From positions 32,001 through 96,000 of the IMG/VR virus record IMGVR_UViG_3300030108_004965: a stretch of DNA of 64,000 nt. One strand, 5' to 3'. The notes beneath the pieces are model-generated. The model was not told where the DNA came from. It was given only the letters and a program-made list of their open reading frames with translations, and ran no database searches. This document shows positions 1 to 9,324 of the stretch, piece after piece. The first letter of the stretch is position 1. Each line of letters starts with the position of its first letter. The DNA comes from a virus. The position numbers and the translations under genes are program-made.

Positions 1-382
1 TTATAAATCTGCACTGATAAATTCCTCCGGGTTGTAATGCTGTTTCCGACGATGCTTTTTTGAAACCTAAGGGGTGTGATAAAATTAAATTTTTTGCATC
101 ACAAGTCCTCATTTCCAAGAAAGGGCTTGGTATAACAAATTCTGCAACATTTAAAGGTCTAACTCTGGCGAAGTAATATGAGATTACTTCTCCTTTTGTC
201 GACAGCACATTCAACTCTTTAATGTCAGAACCTCCATTATAAAAACCAGACAAAACAATAGCGCGAAAAGATTCAGGTAATTGTTGACCGTATTCGCTGT
301 CAATTATTATTTCATTTATTGATTCATTACGCGCCTGAACTCTCGTTTGTTGATCTGATGCTGCTGTTCTGTTTATTGCCAT
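1..382 (-). CDS. hypothetical protein, partial (runs off window start)
   Basis: ATG at 382 overlaps upstream stop (TAATG); open frame MAINRTAASDQQ... to position 2 with no stop, hence absent from the ORF track. Confidence 0.7.
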   Translation of the reverse strand, partial: MAINRTAASDQQTRVQARNESINEIIIDSEYGQQLPESFRAIVLSGFYNGGSDIKELNVLSTKGEVISYYFARVRPLNVAEFVIPSPFLEMRTCDAKNLILSHPLGFKKASSETALQPGGIYQCRFI

Positions 383-666
383 TATTTATCCTCCGATTTT
401 TGAATCTGATCAAAAATTTGAGCAAAATCTTTCTCTGATAGTTCATCTGAAGATTCTTGCTTTGACATTAAGCCGCAGAGTTTTACTAACTGTTCGTTCG
501 ATCTTTGCAGTGTTTCAACGTATTTAGCCAAAGTCATACCAATGTCTTGATGTCTTGCATCATCAACGGCTAACCACTTAATGGCATCGTCTAGCAACTC
601 CCTCGTTATTTCGCGGTCATCTTCTATGTTTTTAATTGCTTGTTCTATATGCTTTTTGCTTTTCAT
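382..666 (-). CDS. hypothetical helical protein
   Basis: ORF track 382..702; likely start MKSKK at 666 just after upstream gene. Confidence 0.7.
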   Translation of the reverse strand: MKSKKHIEQAIKNIEDDREITRELLDDAIKWLAVDDARHQDIGMTLAKYVETLQRSNEQLVKLCGLMSKQESSDELSEKDFAQIFDQIQKSEDK

Positions 667-685
667 ATTACTAATTAGATTTTTT

Positions 686-1393
686 TCAAATTTTGCCATC
701 ATCCCAATTTTTTTTAAAATCTCGGTACTTTACTCTCATTTTATTGAGGTGGGTGACAACCTGTTTCGTGTTCATACCTGTTAATTCACGCAGGTACAAG
801 TAGATAGCCTTTTTATTAAAAATTTCTATGTCATCAACAGAGGATAATATTATTTTTACGGCCTCGTAAACCTTTCTCTCGGCTTCTTTTTCATAATCGA
901 TGTCCCAAGACTCTATCTCGTTCCATAAATTAGTCCAAAATTCCTTAGAAACTCTTTCTTGGTAATACTGATCTCCGGGATCAACAAATGTTGTCTCAAG
1001 TTCTAACTCAGCATTTTCATAAGGGATTTCTCTCTGGAGTCTTTTTGTGTTTCTTTTGACTTTATGTATGAACCAGTTCTTAGTTATGACACTAAAATAA
1101 GAGAATGCTTTAGAGCCGCGATTTGGATCATACTTGTCTAAAATTGTAGTTAACCAAACTTTGCATTCCATCCGCAACTCATCGATGTTGGGCAAATTTG
1201 TAAATTTATATGAAAATACTATTTTATCAACCATTTGATTAAATGCCGGTTGTATCCAATCAATGTATAGTTGTTCTTTTTCTGCTCTATTTTCACTGGT
1301 GCAAAACTTAAGAATCGCGTCTTCGTGATCCTGCGTAAAATACATTTTGCCCTTCGATTTCTTTCTCGTTCTCTTCATCACTTTCTTCCTCAA
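686..1393 (-). CDS. phage RNA polymerase sigma-factor-like protein (gp55/sigma70 region 2-like)
   Basis: KYDPNRGSKAFSYFSVITKNWF resembles sigma region 2.3-2.4 (kFDp.rG.kFstYa) and T4 gp55-type AFSYFT; C-terminal HTH-like IYLYLRELTGMNTKQVV. Confidence 0.7.
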   Translation of the reverse strand: MRKKVMKRTRKKSKGKMYFTQDHEDAILKFCTSENRAEKEQLYIDWIQPAFNQMVDKIVFSYKFTNLPNIDELRMECKVWLTTILDKYDPNRGSKAFSYFSVITKNWFIHKVKRNTKRLQREIPYENAELELETTFVDPGDQYYQERVSKEFWTNLWNEIESWDIDYEKEAERKVYEAVKIILSSVDDIEIFNKKAIYLYLRELTGMNTKQVVTHLNKMRVKYRDFKKNWDDGKI

Positions 1394-1694
1394 TAATAAT
1401 TGTTTCTAATGGATCAGTTATGGAAGTAATGTCGCCGTATTCTTTTTGAATAAGTTCCACCATTGTTCTAGTGTGGCTCATTAAAAACTCGAGAGTTTGA
1501 TCACCATAAAACATTTCCATGGAGTAAACCTTTTTTAGGTGTTCTCCATAATCTGATATTAATTCAACCAAATCACCGAGATTCTGTGAAACATAAGAAA
1601 GTCTCCTTGATTGTTCTTTGCTAAACCAAATTAATAATAAATTTAGACCAACCGAGATGGTCAAAGCAAGCCCTAGCCAAATTTTAATTGTCAT
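1308..1694 (-). CDS. hypothetical membrane-anchored protein
   Basis: N-terminal hydrophobic helix WLGLALTISVGLNLLLIWF, coiled-coil body. Confidence 0.7.
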   Translation of the reverse strand: MTIKIWLGLALTISVGLNLLLIWFSKEQSRRLSYVSQNLGDLVELISDYGEHLKKVYSMEMFYGDQTLEFLMSHTRTMVELIQKEYGDITSITDPLETIIIEEESDEENEKEIEGQNVFYAGSRRRDS

Positions 1695-1947
1695 CTCTAT
1701 AATAATCCTTTTCGGCCTCTTTTTTCATGTCATTTAAAAGGTCTCTATTTGCCTCGATAGCGGCTTTTGTTTTGTCACCTACCTTACTACCCTTTGGCTC
1801 AACAGAACGCTTCAGAAAGGGCATTTGCGGCACTCTATGAAAGTCTTTTGAATCACATTGTGGACAATTAGTTGCTTCTTCCATCATACCATGATGAATT
1901 TCGAAATGTCCGGGACAATCTGTGCACTGGTAGATATACTTTGGCAC
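1684..1947 (-). CDS. FmdB-family zinc-ribbon protein
   Basis: MPKYIYQCTDC...FE...CPQC matches MPxYxYxCxxC...CPxC pattern. Confidence 0.8.
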   Translation of the reverse strand: MPKYIYQCTDCPGHFEIHHGMMEEATNCPQCDSKDFHRVPQMPFLKRSVEPKGSKVGDKTKAAIEANRDLLNDMKKEAEKDYYRDDN

Positions 1948-2159
1948 TATTGGACACTCGTTTCAATAGTTCCGCCTTGTATAGTGGTTTCGTTTTTTAC
2001 TTCCACTGTAGGAGGATTGGTGACAACCAACTGATTCATGTCATCGATTTGTATTTCGAAACCAGTTAAGACCGGTACGATGTCTGTTTGTTCCATTAGT
2101 GATTTTTGTAGGGCCATCATAATTGCTCCTACGGCTTGGTTTGATAATGTATAATTCAT
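1947..2159 (-). CDS. hypothetical protein
   Basis: ORF track, coupled overlap with neighbour. Confidence 0.65.
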   Translation of the reverse strand: MNYTLSNQAVGAIMMALQKSLMEQTDIVPVLTGFEIQIDDMNQLVVTNPPTVEVKNETTIQGGTIETSVQ

Positions 2160-2168
2160 TTTTTCTCC

Positions 2169-3122
2169 TTACCATTTAAAATTGGCTTTATAATATCTAA
2201 CTATACTGTTTAATTCTTCAGAAAATTTCTTTTTAGGCTTCCAGCCTAGATTTTTTAATTTATCGTCGTTTAGGGCATACCTAACATCTTGACCTTTTCT
2301 TTTGTGACTGAGGTCTAAATATCTACCATATGTTTTTGGTAATTCTCCAAAAAATGCTGCTAGGATTTGTTTGGCAGTCTCAAGATTTGTTTGCTCAAAG
2401 CCCCCAGCGACATTAAAAATTTCGTTTTTTACACCAGACTCAATTATTGTTGTCACAGCAGTCGCTGTATCTGCAGAGTGTAGCCAATTTCTGATCGGCA
2501 ACCCTTGATCATGGAGTCTGATTATCTTTCCTCTTTGGAGATGCTTTACACAGATAGGAATCAATTTTTCTGGGTATTGGCCTACTCCATAGTTGTTCGT
2601 GGGTCTCAAAATCACATACTCTAAATTATATGTCCGGGACCATGCAAGAATTAACATGTCGGCTGCTGCTTTAGAGGCAGAATAAGGATTGGATGGATTA
2701 AGAATGTCAGTCTCGATGTGCTCCCCTTCTGTTATGTCTCCGTAAACTTCGTCAGTACTAAAATGAAAAAAGATTGGTCGTGATTCAATGTTTTCGGGTT
2801 TTTTTCTAATCAAATCTAGTAAGTTCTTTACACCTACTACGTTTGAGTGAATAAAATCTTCAGAATCTATTATACTATTTCCAACATGTGATTCTGCTGC
2901 TACATTGATTACATAATCACAGTGTGGTAAATATTTCAATTTAGCAATGTCCTCTTTTAGAAATTTAAAATTTTTATGTTTATCAAATTCGTCTAGAAAC
3001 TGAGGGTTTGCAGCGTATGTTATCTTGTCTATTCCCAACACCTGCCATCCTTTGTTTAGACACTCTCTCGTCACATGTGAGCCAATTAAGCCTAGGCACC
3101 CTGTTATGATTACTAATTTCAT
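2169..3122 (-). CDS. rfbB: dTDP-glucose 4,6-dehydratase
   Basis: TGCLGLIGS Rossmann motif, AAESHV, STDEVYG, YSASK, RPTNNYG, EKLIP, R.GQDVRYA. Confidence 0.9.
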   Translation of the reverse strand: MKLVIITGCLGLIGSHVTRECLNKGWQVLGIDKITYAANPQFLDEFDKHKNFKFLKEDIAKLKYLPHCDYVINVAAESHVGNSIIDSEDFIHSNVVGVKNLLDLIRKKPENIESRPIFFHFSTDEVYGDITEGEHIETDILNPSNPYSASKAAADMLILAWSRTYNLEYVILRPTNNYGVGQYPEKLIPICVKHLQRGKIIRLHDQGLPIRNWLHSADTATAVTTIIESGVKNEIFNVAGGFEQTNLETAKQILAAFFGELPKTYGRYLDLSHKRKGQDVRYALNDDKLKNLGWKPKKKFSEELNSIVRYYKANFKW

Positions 3123-3482
3123 TTAATCTCCTTTTTCTATTCTATGACTGTCGCTATCGAAGTGTTGAGTCGAGAACTCAAACAACTCAGTATCCTCCAG
3201 TGCTTCCATTTGATGTCGCAAACCGGTTGGGATGTGAAAATTGTCTCCGGGCTCTAAAATAGTAACATTGGCTTTTTTTAGATCATCCTGATGTGAATAT
3301 CTAACCAAAATTTTTCCTGATTGAATATAAAAAACTTCATCTTTTATTTTGTGGTAATGCCAAGAACACTTTTTTCCTTTTACAAAATATAAAAGCTTGC
3401 CACAGTATTGATCACAGTTGACGATCCACTTTTCAAAACCCCAGCCTTTAGGAACGAACTTTATTGGTAAAAAATTCGACAT
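3123..3482 (-). CDS. cupin-domain protein (sugar isomerase-like)
   Basis: KGWGFEKWI, SWHYHKIKDEVFY, PGDNFHIPTGLRHQM cupin motifs. Confidence 0.8.
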   Translation of the reverse strand: MSNFLPIKFVPKGWGFEKWIVNCDQYCGKLLYFVKGKKCSWHYHKIKDEVFYIQSGKILVRYSHQDDLKKANVTILEPGDNFHIPTGLRHQMEALEDTELFEFSTQHFDSDSHRIEKGD

Positions 3483-3780
3483 CTTTCACTCCTTTATCAT
3501 CTATGTAAACATCACCAGAGGGCTTTCCCAAGAACAAATTATGATACTTTACGCCCCAATCCTTCAGTTGTTGCACTGTTAAGTCGTAAAACAAATCATA
3601 CGCCATTGTTTGATTATTATTCGATCTTCCCATGCCCCTTGCTGTTAAGAGTGTTATTTTGTGCCCCTCATCAAACAGTTCATTGATAACCTTAATTCTA
3701 TTGTCAAATGGCTTTGCTTCTTTATATTCCCCACTTGTTAAAGAACAAATCGTTCCATCAATATCAAATACGTATGTCAT
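3448..3780 (-). CDS. small HAD-superfamily phosphatase (capsule-biosynthesis type)
   Basis: FDIDGT motif I, TARG motif II, GKP...YIDDK motifs III/IV. Confidence 0.8.
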   Translation of the reverse strand: MTYVFDIDGTICSLTSGEYKEAKPFDNRIKVINELFDEGHKITLLTARGMGRSNNNQTMAYDLFYDLTVQQLKDWGVKYHNLFLGKPSGDVYIDDKGVKDVEFFTNKVRS

Positions 3781-4172
3781 TTTTTCTCCAATATCTTGGT
3801 TGTAGAATAATCTCCAATGCGATCAAAGAACACAAGTTGTTTACAATGCTGTTGTCCGACGACTCTTTTTCCTTTCCAATCAGAGCCTATAACCATAACT
3901 TGGATGTTATTTTCAATCAAATGATTTTCTAATTCACCATCTGTTGAATAAGATACTACCTTATCAACGTGACGTATTGATTCCAAGAAATACTTCCTAT
4001 CATTTAAGTCATTAAAGGGCCGAAATGGACCTTTATTTGCCTTCACTCTTTCATCGGTATCAATACCTACCACCAAGCTATCTCCTAGGCTTCTAGCATA
4101 CTCTAATAACTCTATGTGGCCCCTGTGGAGCACATCAAAACAGCCATTTACCCAAACATTAGTAATTTGCAT
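3777..4172 (-). CDS. HldE/RfaE domain II-like sugar-phosphate nucleotidyltransferase
   Basis: NGCFDVLHRGH (HxGH), VVGIDTD, KG..RP, C-terminal YSTT; likely start MQITN at 4172. Confidence 0.85.
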   Translation of the reverse strand: MQITNVWVNGCFDVLHRGHIELLEYARSLGDSLVVGIDTDERVKANKGPFRPFNDLNDRKYFLESIRHVDKVVSYSTDGELENHLIENNIQVMVIGSDWKGKRVVGQQHCKQLVFFDRIGDYSTTKILEKK

Positions 4173-5112
4173 ACCACGGCCTATCAATTAGTTTGTACAT
4201 CTTTATAAGTTGCTGAATTCCTTGATCCAAGTCATACTTACATTCAAACCCTAAATCATAAATTTTTTGACTACTAACAATATAATCTCTTTTATCTGGG
4301 TCTTGTGTGAATTCTGCTTTTATTATTTCAAGGGGGACATATTCTTTTATCTTCTCTGCTAACTGAAGTTTGTTCATGTTGATACTGTCATTCCCGACAT
4401 TAAAAGTTTGATTCCTGCATTTTTGCCAATTTTCTATAATAAACTCAAATACACGACAAATGTCCCAAATGTGCACATAGTTCCTCATAAATTCACACTC
4501 ATAAAGGACTAGGATCCTGTCTTTTAAAGCCTTAAGAACAAAGTTATTTACCAACAGGTCTGTTCTTGCTCTACTAGAAGGACCGAACACAGTCGCCAAT
4601 CTTAAAGTACAACACCCCTCGGTATTTTTATATATGGTTTCGGCGTCCACCTTGGTTTTGCCATAAAGAGAAACGGGATTTAAAGGAGACTCCTCTGTGC
4701 ACACAGAACCATCCTTGCTTACTCCATAACCAGAATTGGTGCAGGGATAAATTAAAATTTGCTCTGATGTTTTATTTTGTGCTATCCATTTATTTACGTC
4801 AAAATTTATCTCTATAGTATCTCTTTGTCTTTTCTCGCATAAAGGAAAACCAACCAGAGCAGCCAGTGGTATGATTACGTCTGCTTTTTTCATAAAAGAC
4901 CGCATAACGTCAGTTTGTCTCACGTCTATCTTGTCAAAATAAAAATTGTCATGTCCGACATATCGCAACAAAGAATCGGGCTCATACTCTAGATAGTCCA
5001 AAACCTGTACTTTGTGTCCGCTTTTTAATAAAAACCCAACTAATTCACTGCCGATGTATCCGGCACCGCCTGTTACTAGAACATTCACCTTTCGATTCTC
5101 CCAATTAACCAA
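4159..5112 (-). CDS. NAD-dependent epimerase/dehydratase
   Basis: VTGGAGYIGS, LAALVG, YGKTK, LRLATVFG. Confidence 0.9.
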   Translation of the reverse strand: MVNWENRKVNVLVTGGAGYIGSELVGFLLKSGHKVQVLDYLEYEPDSLLRYVGHDNFYFDKIDVRQTDVMRSFMKKADVIIPLAALVGFPLCEKRQRDTIEINFDVNKWIAQNKTSEQILIYPCTNSGYGVSKDGSVCTEESPLNPVSLYGKTKVDAETIYKNTEGCCTLRLATVFGPSSRARTDLLVNNFVLKALKDRILVLYECEFMRNYVHIWDICRVFEFIIENWQKCRNQTFNVGNDSINMNKLQLAEKIKEYVPLEIIKAEFTQDPDKRDYIVSSQKIYDLGFECKYDLDQGIQQLIKMYKLIDRPWYANY

Positions 5113-5375
5113 TCTTTTAGCATCACCCAGTCTGCCACTTTGGCCATCAAGGGGCTCGAGAAAGCGGCAGGCTCATTTTTCTCAAAAAAATAATGACCTG
5201 ACCAAGCAAATGGGTAAACAACAAGTGGTGCAACCACCAGCAAGAGCCAGAACTTAACGTAAATAACAGCCGAAACATACAAAATCGTAACGAACTGTCC
5301 GAGGACGTGAAGTCGACGACACCATAGGTTTTGATGAAGCGACAGATAATAAACATAATATTCACTAAAGGTCAT
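5085..5375 (-). CDS. DUF962 / Mpo1-like membrane protein
   Basis: YLSLHQN..CRRLHVLG, Y.FAW.GH.FFEKN.PA.F signature. Confidence 0.85.
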   Translation of the reverse strand: MTFSEYYVYYLSLHQNLWCRRLHVLGQFVTILYVSAVIYVKFWLLLVVAPLVVYPFAWSGHYFFEKNEPAAFSSPLMAKVADWVMLKDWLIGRIER

Positions 5376-6111
5376 TGACTACATTCACTCCTTTCATTTG
5401 AACTACTTTTGTGGCGCATTCATTGGCAAACCTCAAAGATTTACCTATATTTTTGCTTCTAAGAAACTCAACACACATAGATGCTAGAAAAGTATCGCCG
5501 GCGCCACATAGATCTTTTATTTCAACTTTCTCAACGGGGAACAACTCTCCATTTAATTCACACCCTTTTTCCCCAATAGTTTTAATTACCTTCTGTTTTG
5601 TCCAATCATTTTTATTAATGTACTCAAGTGAGTTTTCATATTCATACTTATTAATTTTTATAAATGTACAGTTCTTGCAGTAATCACCAATTACTTTTTT
5701 CGTATCAATAAAGACCAAGTTATGGTTCTCACATATAAACTTTATGTCATCTTCAAGCAAAAAGCCTTTGTTATAATCAGAAATTATTATTAATTCAAAT
5801 TGCGAAATAAATTCTAATGTCAAATCATCCACTCTCTTTATGTCTTCCTCTCCGGAATCAACTCTGAGAAACATGTGATTGGTTTTTTCTTCTACAAATC
5901 TTTTCTTTTCAATGACAACATTGTTAGATTTTAAAATAACAGGGACACCCAAAGAAACAACGTTCTGGTATACATTTCCTGCCATTCCCAAGTTTTGTTT
6001 TTCAAATAGCGGGACAAATACGGGTACAGGAGCGTCTGGGCAAATTCTTTCGCATTTACCATAAACGTGCGTATCTCTGCAGCTATCTCCTATTACCAAA
6101 ATCTTATTCAT
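5365..6111 (-). CDS. PfkB-family sugar kinase (HldE/RfaE domain I, heptose-7-phosphate kinase-like)
   Basis: ILVIGD, ERICPDAPVPV, GMAGNV..N, ISDYNKG, CGAGDTF. Confidence 0.85.
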   Translation of the reverse strand: MNKILVIGDSCRDTHVYGKCERICPDAPVPVFVPLFEKQNLGMAGNVYQNVVSLGVPVILKSNNVVIEKKRFVEEKTNHMFLRVDSGEEDIKRVDDLTLEFISQFELIIISDYNKGFLLEDDIKFICENHNLVFIDTKKVIGDYCKNCTFIKINKYEYENSLEYINKNDWTKQKVIKTIGEKGCELNGELFPVEKVEIKDLCGAGDTFLASMCVEFLRSKNIGKSLRFANECATKVVQMKGVNVVNDL

Positions 6112-6514
6112 CCCAACTGATTGTCCAATCTTTAAATTCAGCCGCAAGGCAATCTATTTTATAATCTTTCCGGCCACCGGCTTTTTCTTGAATTTTATTT
6201 TTAGCAGTATTTCTTATCCCATTCAAGCCATGAGTTAATTCAAGGTTGTTTCCATCCTTAATTCCTTTCCTATAATTCGATTCATTATGCCAAATATGTA
6301 AATTCATTTGTGATAACACTACAATTGCTCTTATTGTTTTGCTATCTAATATAACATTCTTTTCCTTCAATGTCAAGTCAATATCATGTAAAATGTCAGA
6401 AATTTCTTGCCCATACTCTTCTTTATGTTCTGTTATGAACACTTCTTTTAGCTGTGCTATCGATAATCTGTCTATTAACTCCGAAAGTGTTGGTAAATAT
6501 TTTCTTTTACTCAT
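6104..6514 (-). CDS. hypothetical protein (glycan-cluster associated, ELIDRLSI motif)
   Basis: ORF track; embedded in sugar operon. Confidence 0.7.
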   Translation of the reverse strand: MSKRKYLPTLSELIDRLSIAQLKEVFITEHKEEYGQEISDILHDIDLTLKEKNVILDSKTIRAIVVLSQMNLHIWHNESNYRKGIKDGNNLELTHGLNGIRNTAKNKIQEKAGGRKDYKIDCLAAEFKDWTISWDE

Positions 6515-7206
6515 TTGTGTCCCCTTAGTTTAAAATTTAACTGATGAGACACCGCCAATCGTCCGTGTGGGGGTAACCATTCATAAGATAACATTCCCTT
6601 ATTTCTTTCTAGGGGGAAATCATTTATCATTTCAAAACCTTCGCTCTCAATAATTTTAACCCATTCAGCCCTAGGCATTACTAAACAATGTGTGTGCTTT
6701 TCGTGTTCTTCATGAAAAACATAGTCTGCTGCGGTAGTTAGCACAGTGGTTCCCTCATGGCAATGTTTGTGGATATTTTTCAAAAAATCCCTAAAGGTTA
6801 ATGGTTGAATGTGCTCTAGATGCTCAAATGAACAGATTAAATCGAACTTGACTTGTTCATTGTTTTCCTCCACCAAATTATATTCTAAATCAGTGCGAAC
6901 AATAAAATGGTTTTTTTTATCAACAAAAGGGCTGTTTATTGTTTCTGGATTTCCATCTAAAGTTACAACTATATTGTTTTTATCTTCTTTTCTCAAAAAA
7001 TAAGATAAACTACCCGCACCGGAGCCTATGTCTAAAATTTTTTTTGCATTTGGGAATTCCTTAATTAATAATTTTGATAAACCATGGTTCATAATGTGCA
7101 TCATTTTCATCCGATCAAAATAAAGCCCATCACCATGTCTATAGCCGGGCAGGTTTTCTTCCATTTTGACACCTGTATTGTTGCTATTTGTTTGTTTTAT
7201 TTTCAT
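6511..7206 (-). CDS. class I SAM-dependent methyltransferase
   Basis: ILDIGSGAG motif I, FDLICSFEHLEHI. Confidence 0.85.
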   Translation of the reverse strand: MKIKQTNSNNTGVKMEENLPGYRHGDGLYFDRMKMMHIMNHGLSKLLIKEFPNAKKILDIGSGAGSLSYFLRKEDKNNIVVTLDGNPETINSPFVDKKNHFIVRTDLEYNLVEENNEQVKFDLICSFEHLEHIQPLTFRDFLKNIHKHCHEGTTVLTTAADYVFHEEHEKHTHCLVMPRAEWVKIIESEGFEMINDFPLERNKGMLSYEWLPPHGRLAVSHQLNFKLRGHK

Positions 7207-8110
7207 TTTTATATCCTTTTTTAAAATAATCTATTGTGATTCTTAATCCATTTTTCAAAGACGTATTATTAAGGCTATTTGGAGCCAGTGCCTTATCTGT
7301 TTTGGCTGTGTCTATTCTCTTCTCTTTTACCCCAACGTATTTTGTTAAATCATGTTTTACCTGTGAATAATCATAATCATAAATTTCACAAACAATTCGT
7401 GCAAACTCATTTATTGAATGATCTATACCAGAACCTAGGTTAAACACTTGGTTGTCAAATCCTAATAGATTGATCATTGCAGACACAGCGTCATCAACAT
7501 AGATCAACTCTCTTCTTTGGTGACCATCACCCCAAACAACAAATTCACTATTATTGTATTTAGCGTTATAGCAATTCCTAATAAAATCAAAAATAAAATG
7601 ATTGTCCCCTAATTCAAAGTCTGGTCCGTACAGTGTTGAGGGGACGAAATAAAGCCACTTAAGGCCATACTGTTCTTCCAAGGACTTCAGTCCTACCAAC
7701 AACATTCTCTTCGTCATAGCATAAGTGTATAGTCCTTTGTCGGGCTGTCCTAAAAGGTAATTCTTTTCAGTCATGAACAAGTCTGGTGCGTACGAACAAC
7801 TTGTCCCCATGCAGACCATTTTTGCTTGTGGCTGCTTTTCTTTCCAATACTTAAGGACATTTGTATTAATTATTTGATTAGAGAGCCACTGGTCTCCTTT
7901 AAATTTTAAACAATAATCACCAGCTTTGGTAACTGCTGCTAGATGGAAAATGTAGTCAAATTCTATTTCATCATAAATTCTTAAGTTATCTAAATTGCTT
8001 AAGTTGGCTGTTTTTGTATTTGATATAAAAACAGCGTACCCAAGTTTTTTTAATTTTTTAACCAAATGGGTTCCCAAAAATCCGGTTGCACCAGTAACTA
8101 AAATTCTCAT
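7184..8110 (-). CDS. GDP-L-fucose synthase-like NAD-dependent epimerase/reductase
   Basis: VTGATGFLG, HLAAV, GTSCSY, YAMTK, STLYGP, VWGDG.QRRELIYVDD. Confidence 0.85.
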   Translation of the reverse strand: MRILVTGATGFLGTHLVKKLKKLGYAVFISNTKTANLSNLDNLRIYDEIEFDYIFHLAAVTKAGDYCLKFKGDQWLSNQIINTNVLKYWKEKQPQAKMVCMGTSCSYAPDLFMTEKNYLLGQPDKGLYTYAMTKRMLLVGLKSLEEQYGLKWLYFVPSTLYGPDFELGDNHFIFDFIRNCYNAKYNNSEFVVWGDGHQRRELIYVDDAVSAMINLLGFDNQVFNLGSGIDHSINEFARIVCEIYDYDYSQVKHDLTKYVGVKEKRIDTAKTDKALAPNSLNNTSLKNGLRITIDYFKKGYKNENKTNK

Positions 8111-9324
8111 TTATTTCTCCCTATAACTTTGTATGAAGGAAACGGTATTATAAATTCAGTACCTTGCAACATAATATCTTCGTTTTTTCGTATTATTTCT
8201 TCTTCAAAGTTGTGAGACAATAATAGATAATAATCAGGCCTGTCTTGCTTTGATTCTCTGACAATTGGTATGTGGGAGCCCGGTAAGTAGTTTCCTATTT
8301 TTAATTCATTGATCTCAACAGATTTATCAACTAAACTATTGTCTATCCCAAAGTAATTCAACAAAGTGTTTCCTTTGGCTGGTGCGCCATATGCATAAAT
8401 TTTTTTACCAGAGGATTTTATTTGCTGTAATTTGTTTTTTAAATCATACCTTTGTGATTCAATTTTTTTAGCAAAAGCCAAAAATCGCTCAACAGTATAC
8501 TGCTCGTCTTTGTTTAACAAATCCAAATACCTTTCAGTTTTCTGATTAAGTTCACCATTTGTATGAGTGATTTTTGCTATAATAGATCCACTATGAATCT
8601 CTGAGTAATAAGCATCGAAAATTTCTAAGCCATAAGGAGATAATAAGTTACTTAGACTCCTTAAAGTGTAATAACACAAGTGTTCATGATAGATTGTATC
8701 AAAATTCAACTTCTCTATCATTGTACCAGCATACATAAACTGTACGATCAAAACTCCATCATCGCGAAGAGAAAACTTAATGCCATCAATAACACTGTGC
8801 AACTCCTCTAAGTGGAAAAACACCCCAGAGGCATTATATAGTTTTACTTTCTTTTCTCCAATGTGCTCGTCCACACACTCTTTATTAAAATACTTTGTTA
8901 TAGTATCTATACCATTGTTTCTAGAGATCTCTGATACTCTTTTTGCGCACTCTACGTTTAAGAGAGATCCCGCTCCCAACTTTTTGTATTGAAGCAACTG
9001 GCTACCGTCATTTCCCCCGATGTCAACCACAAGATCTGTGCTTACGATTGAAAACTGTTTAACGTTTTCTTTCGCTACATCGTAGAAATGCCCAGTAAGC
9101 GTTTTCGTCATTCCCGATAAATAAGAGTGGTCTGCAAACATTGTTTCTTTCGGTACTGTGTGGTTTAATTGTAATAAGTCACAGTCTAAGCAACAAACCA
9201 AATGCAGAGGATATTTTTTTTCTTTTCCTAATTGCTCCTCGGATAAAAAATCATTACACCACGGCTGTTCTCCAAGGTCTAAAATCGACTTCATTTCGGG
9301 AGACCCACAAGATCTACAATTCAT
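8107..9324 (-). CDS. NDP-sugar C-methyltransferase (Zn-binding N-terminus + C-methyltransferase C-terminus)
   Basis: CRSCG..., DIGGNDG, FDTIYHEHLCYY, YGAPAKGNTLLNY. Confidence 0.9.
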   Translation of the reverse strand: MNCRSCGSPEMKSILDLGEQPWCNDFLSEEQLGKEKKYPLHLVCCLDCDLLQLNHTVPKETMFADHSYLSGMTKTLTGHFYDVAKENVKQFSIVSTDLVVDIGGNDGSQLLQYKKLGAGSLLNVECAKRVSEISRNNGIDTITKYFNKECVDEHIGEKKVKLYNASGVFFHLEELHSVIDGIKFSLRDDGVLIVQFMYAGTMIEKLNFDTIYHEHLCYYTLRSLSNLLSPYGLEIFDAYYSEIHSGSIIAKITHTNGELNQKTERYLDLLNKDEQYTVERFLAFAKKIESQRYDLKNKLQQIKSSGKKIYAYGAPAKGNTLLNYFGIDNSLVDKSVEINELKIGNYLPGSHIPIVRESKQDRPDYYLLLSHNFEEEIIRKNEDIMLQGTEFIIPFPSYKVIGRNK

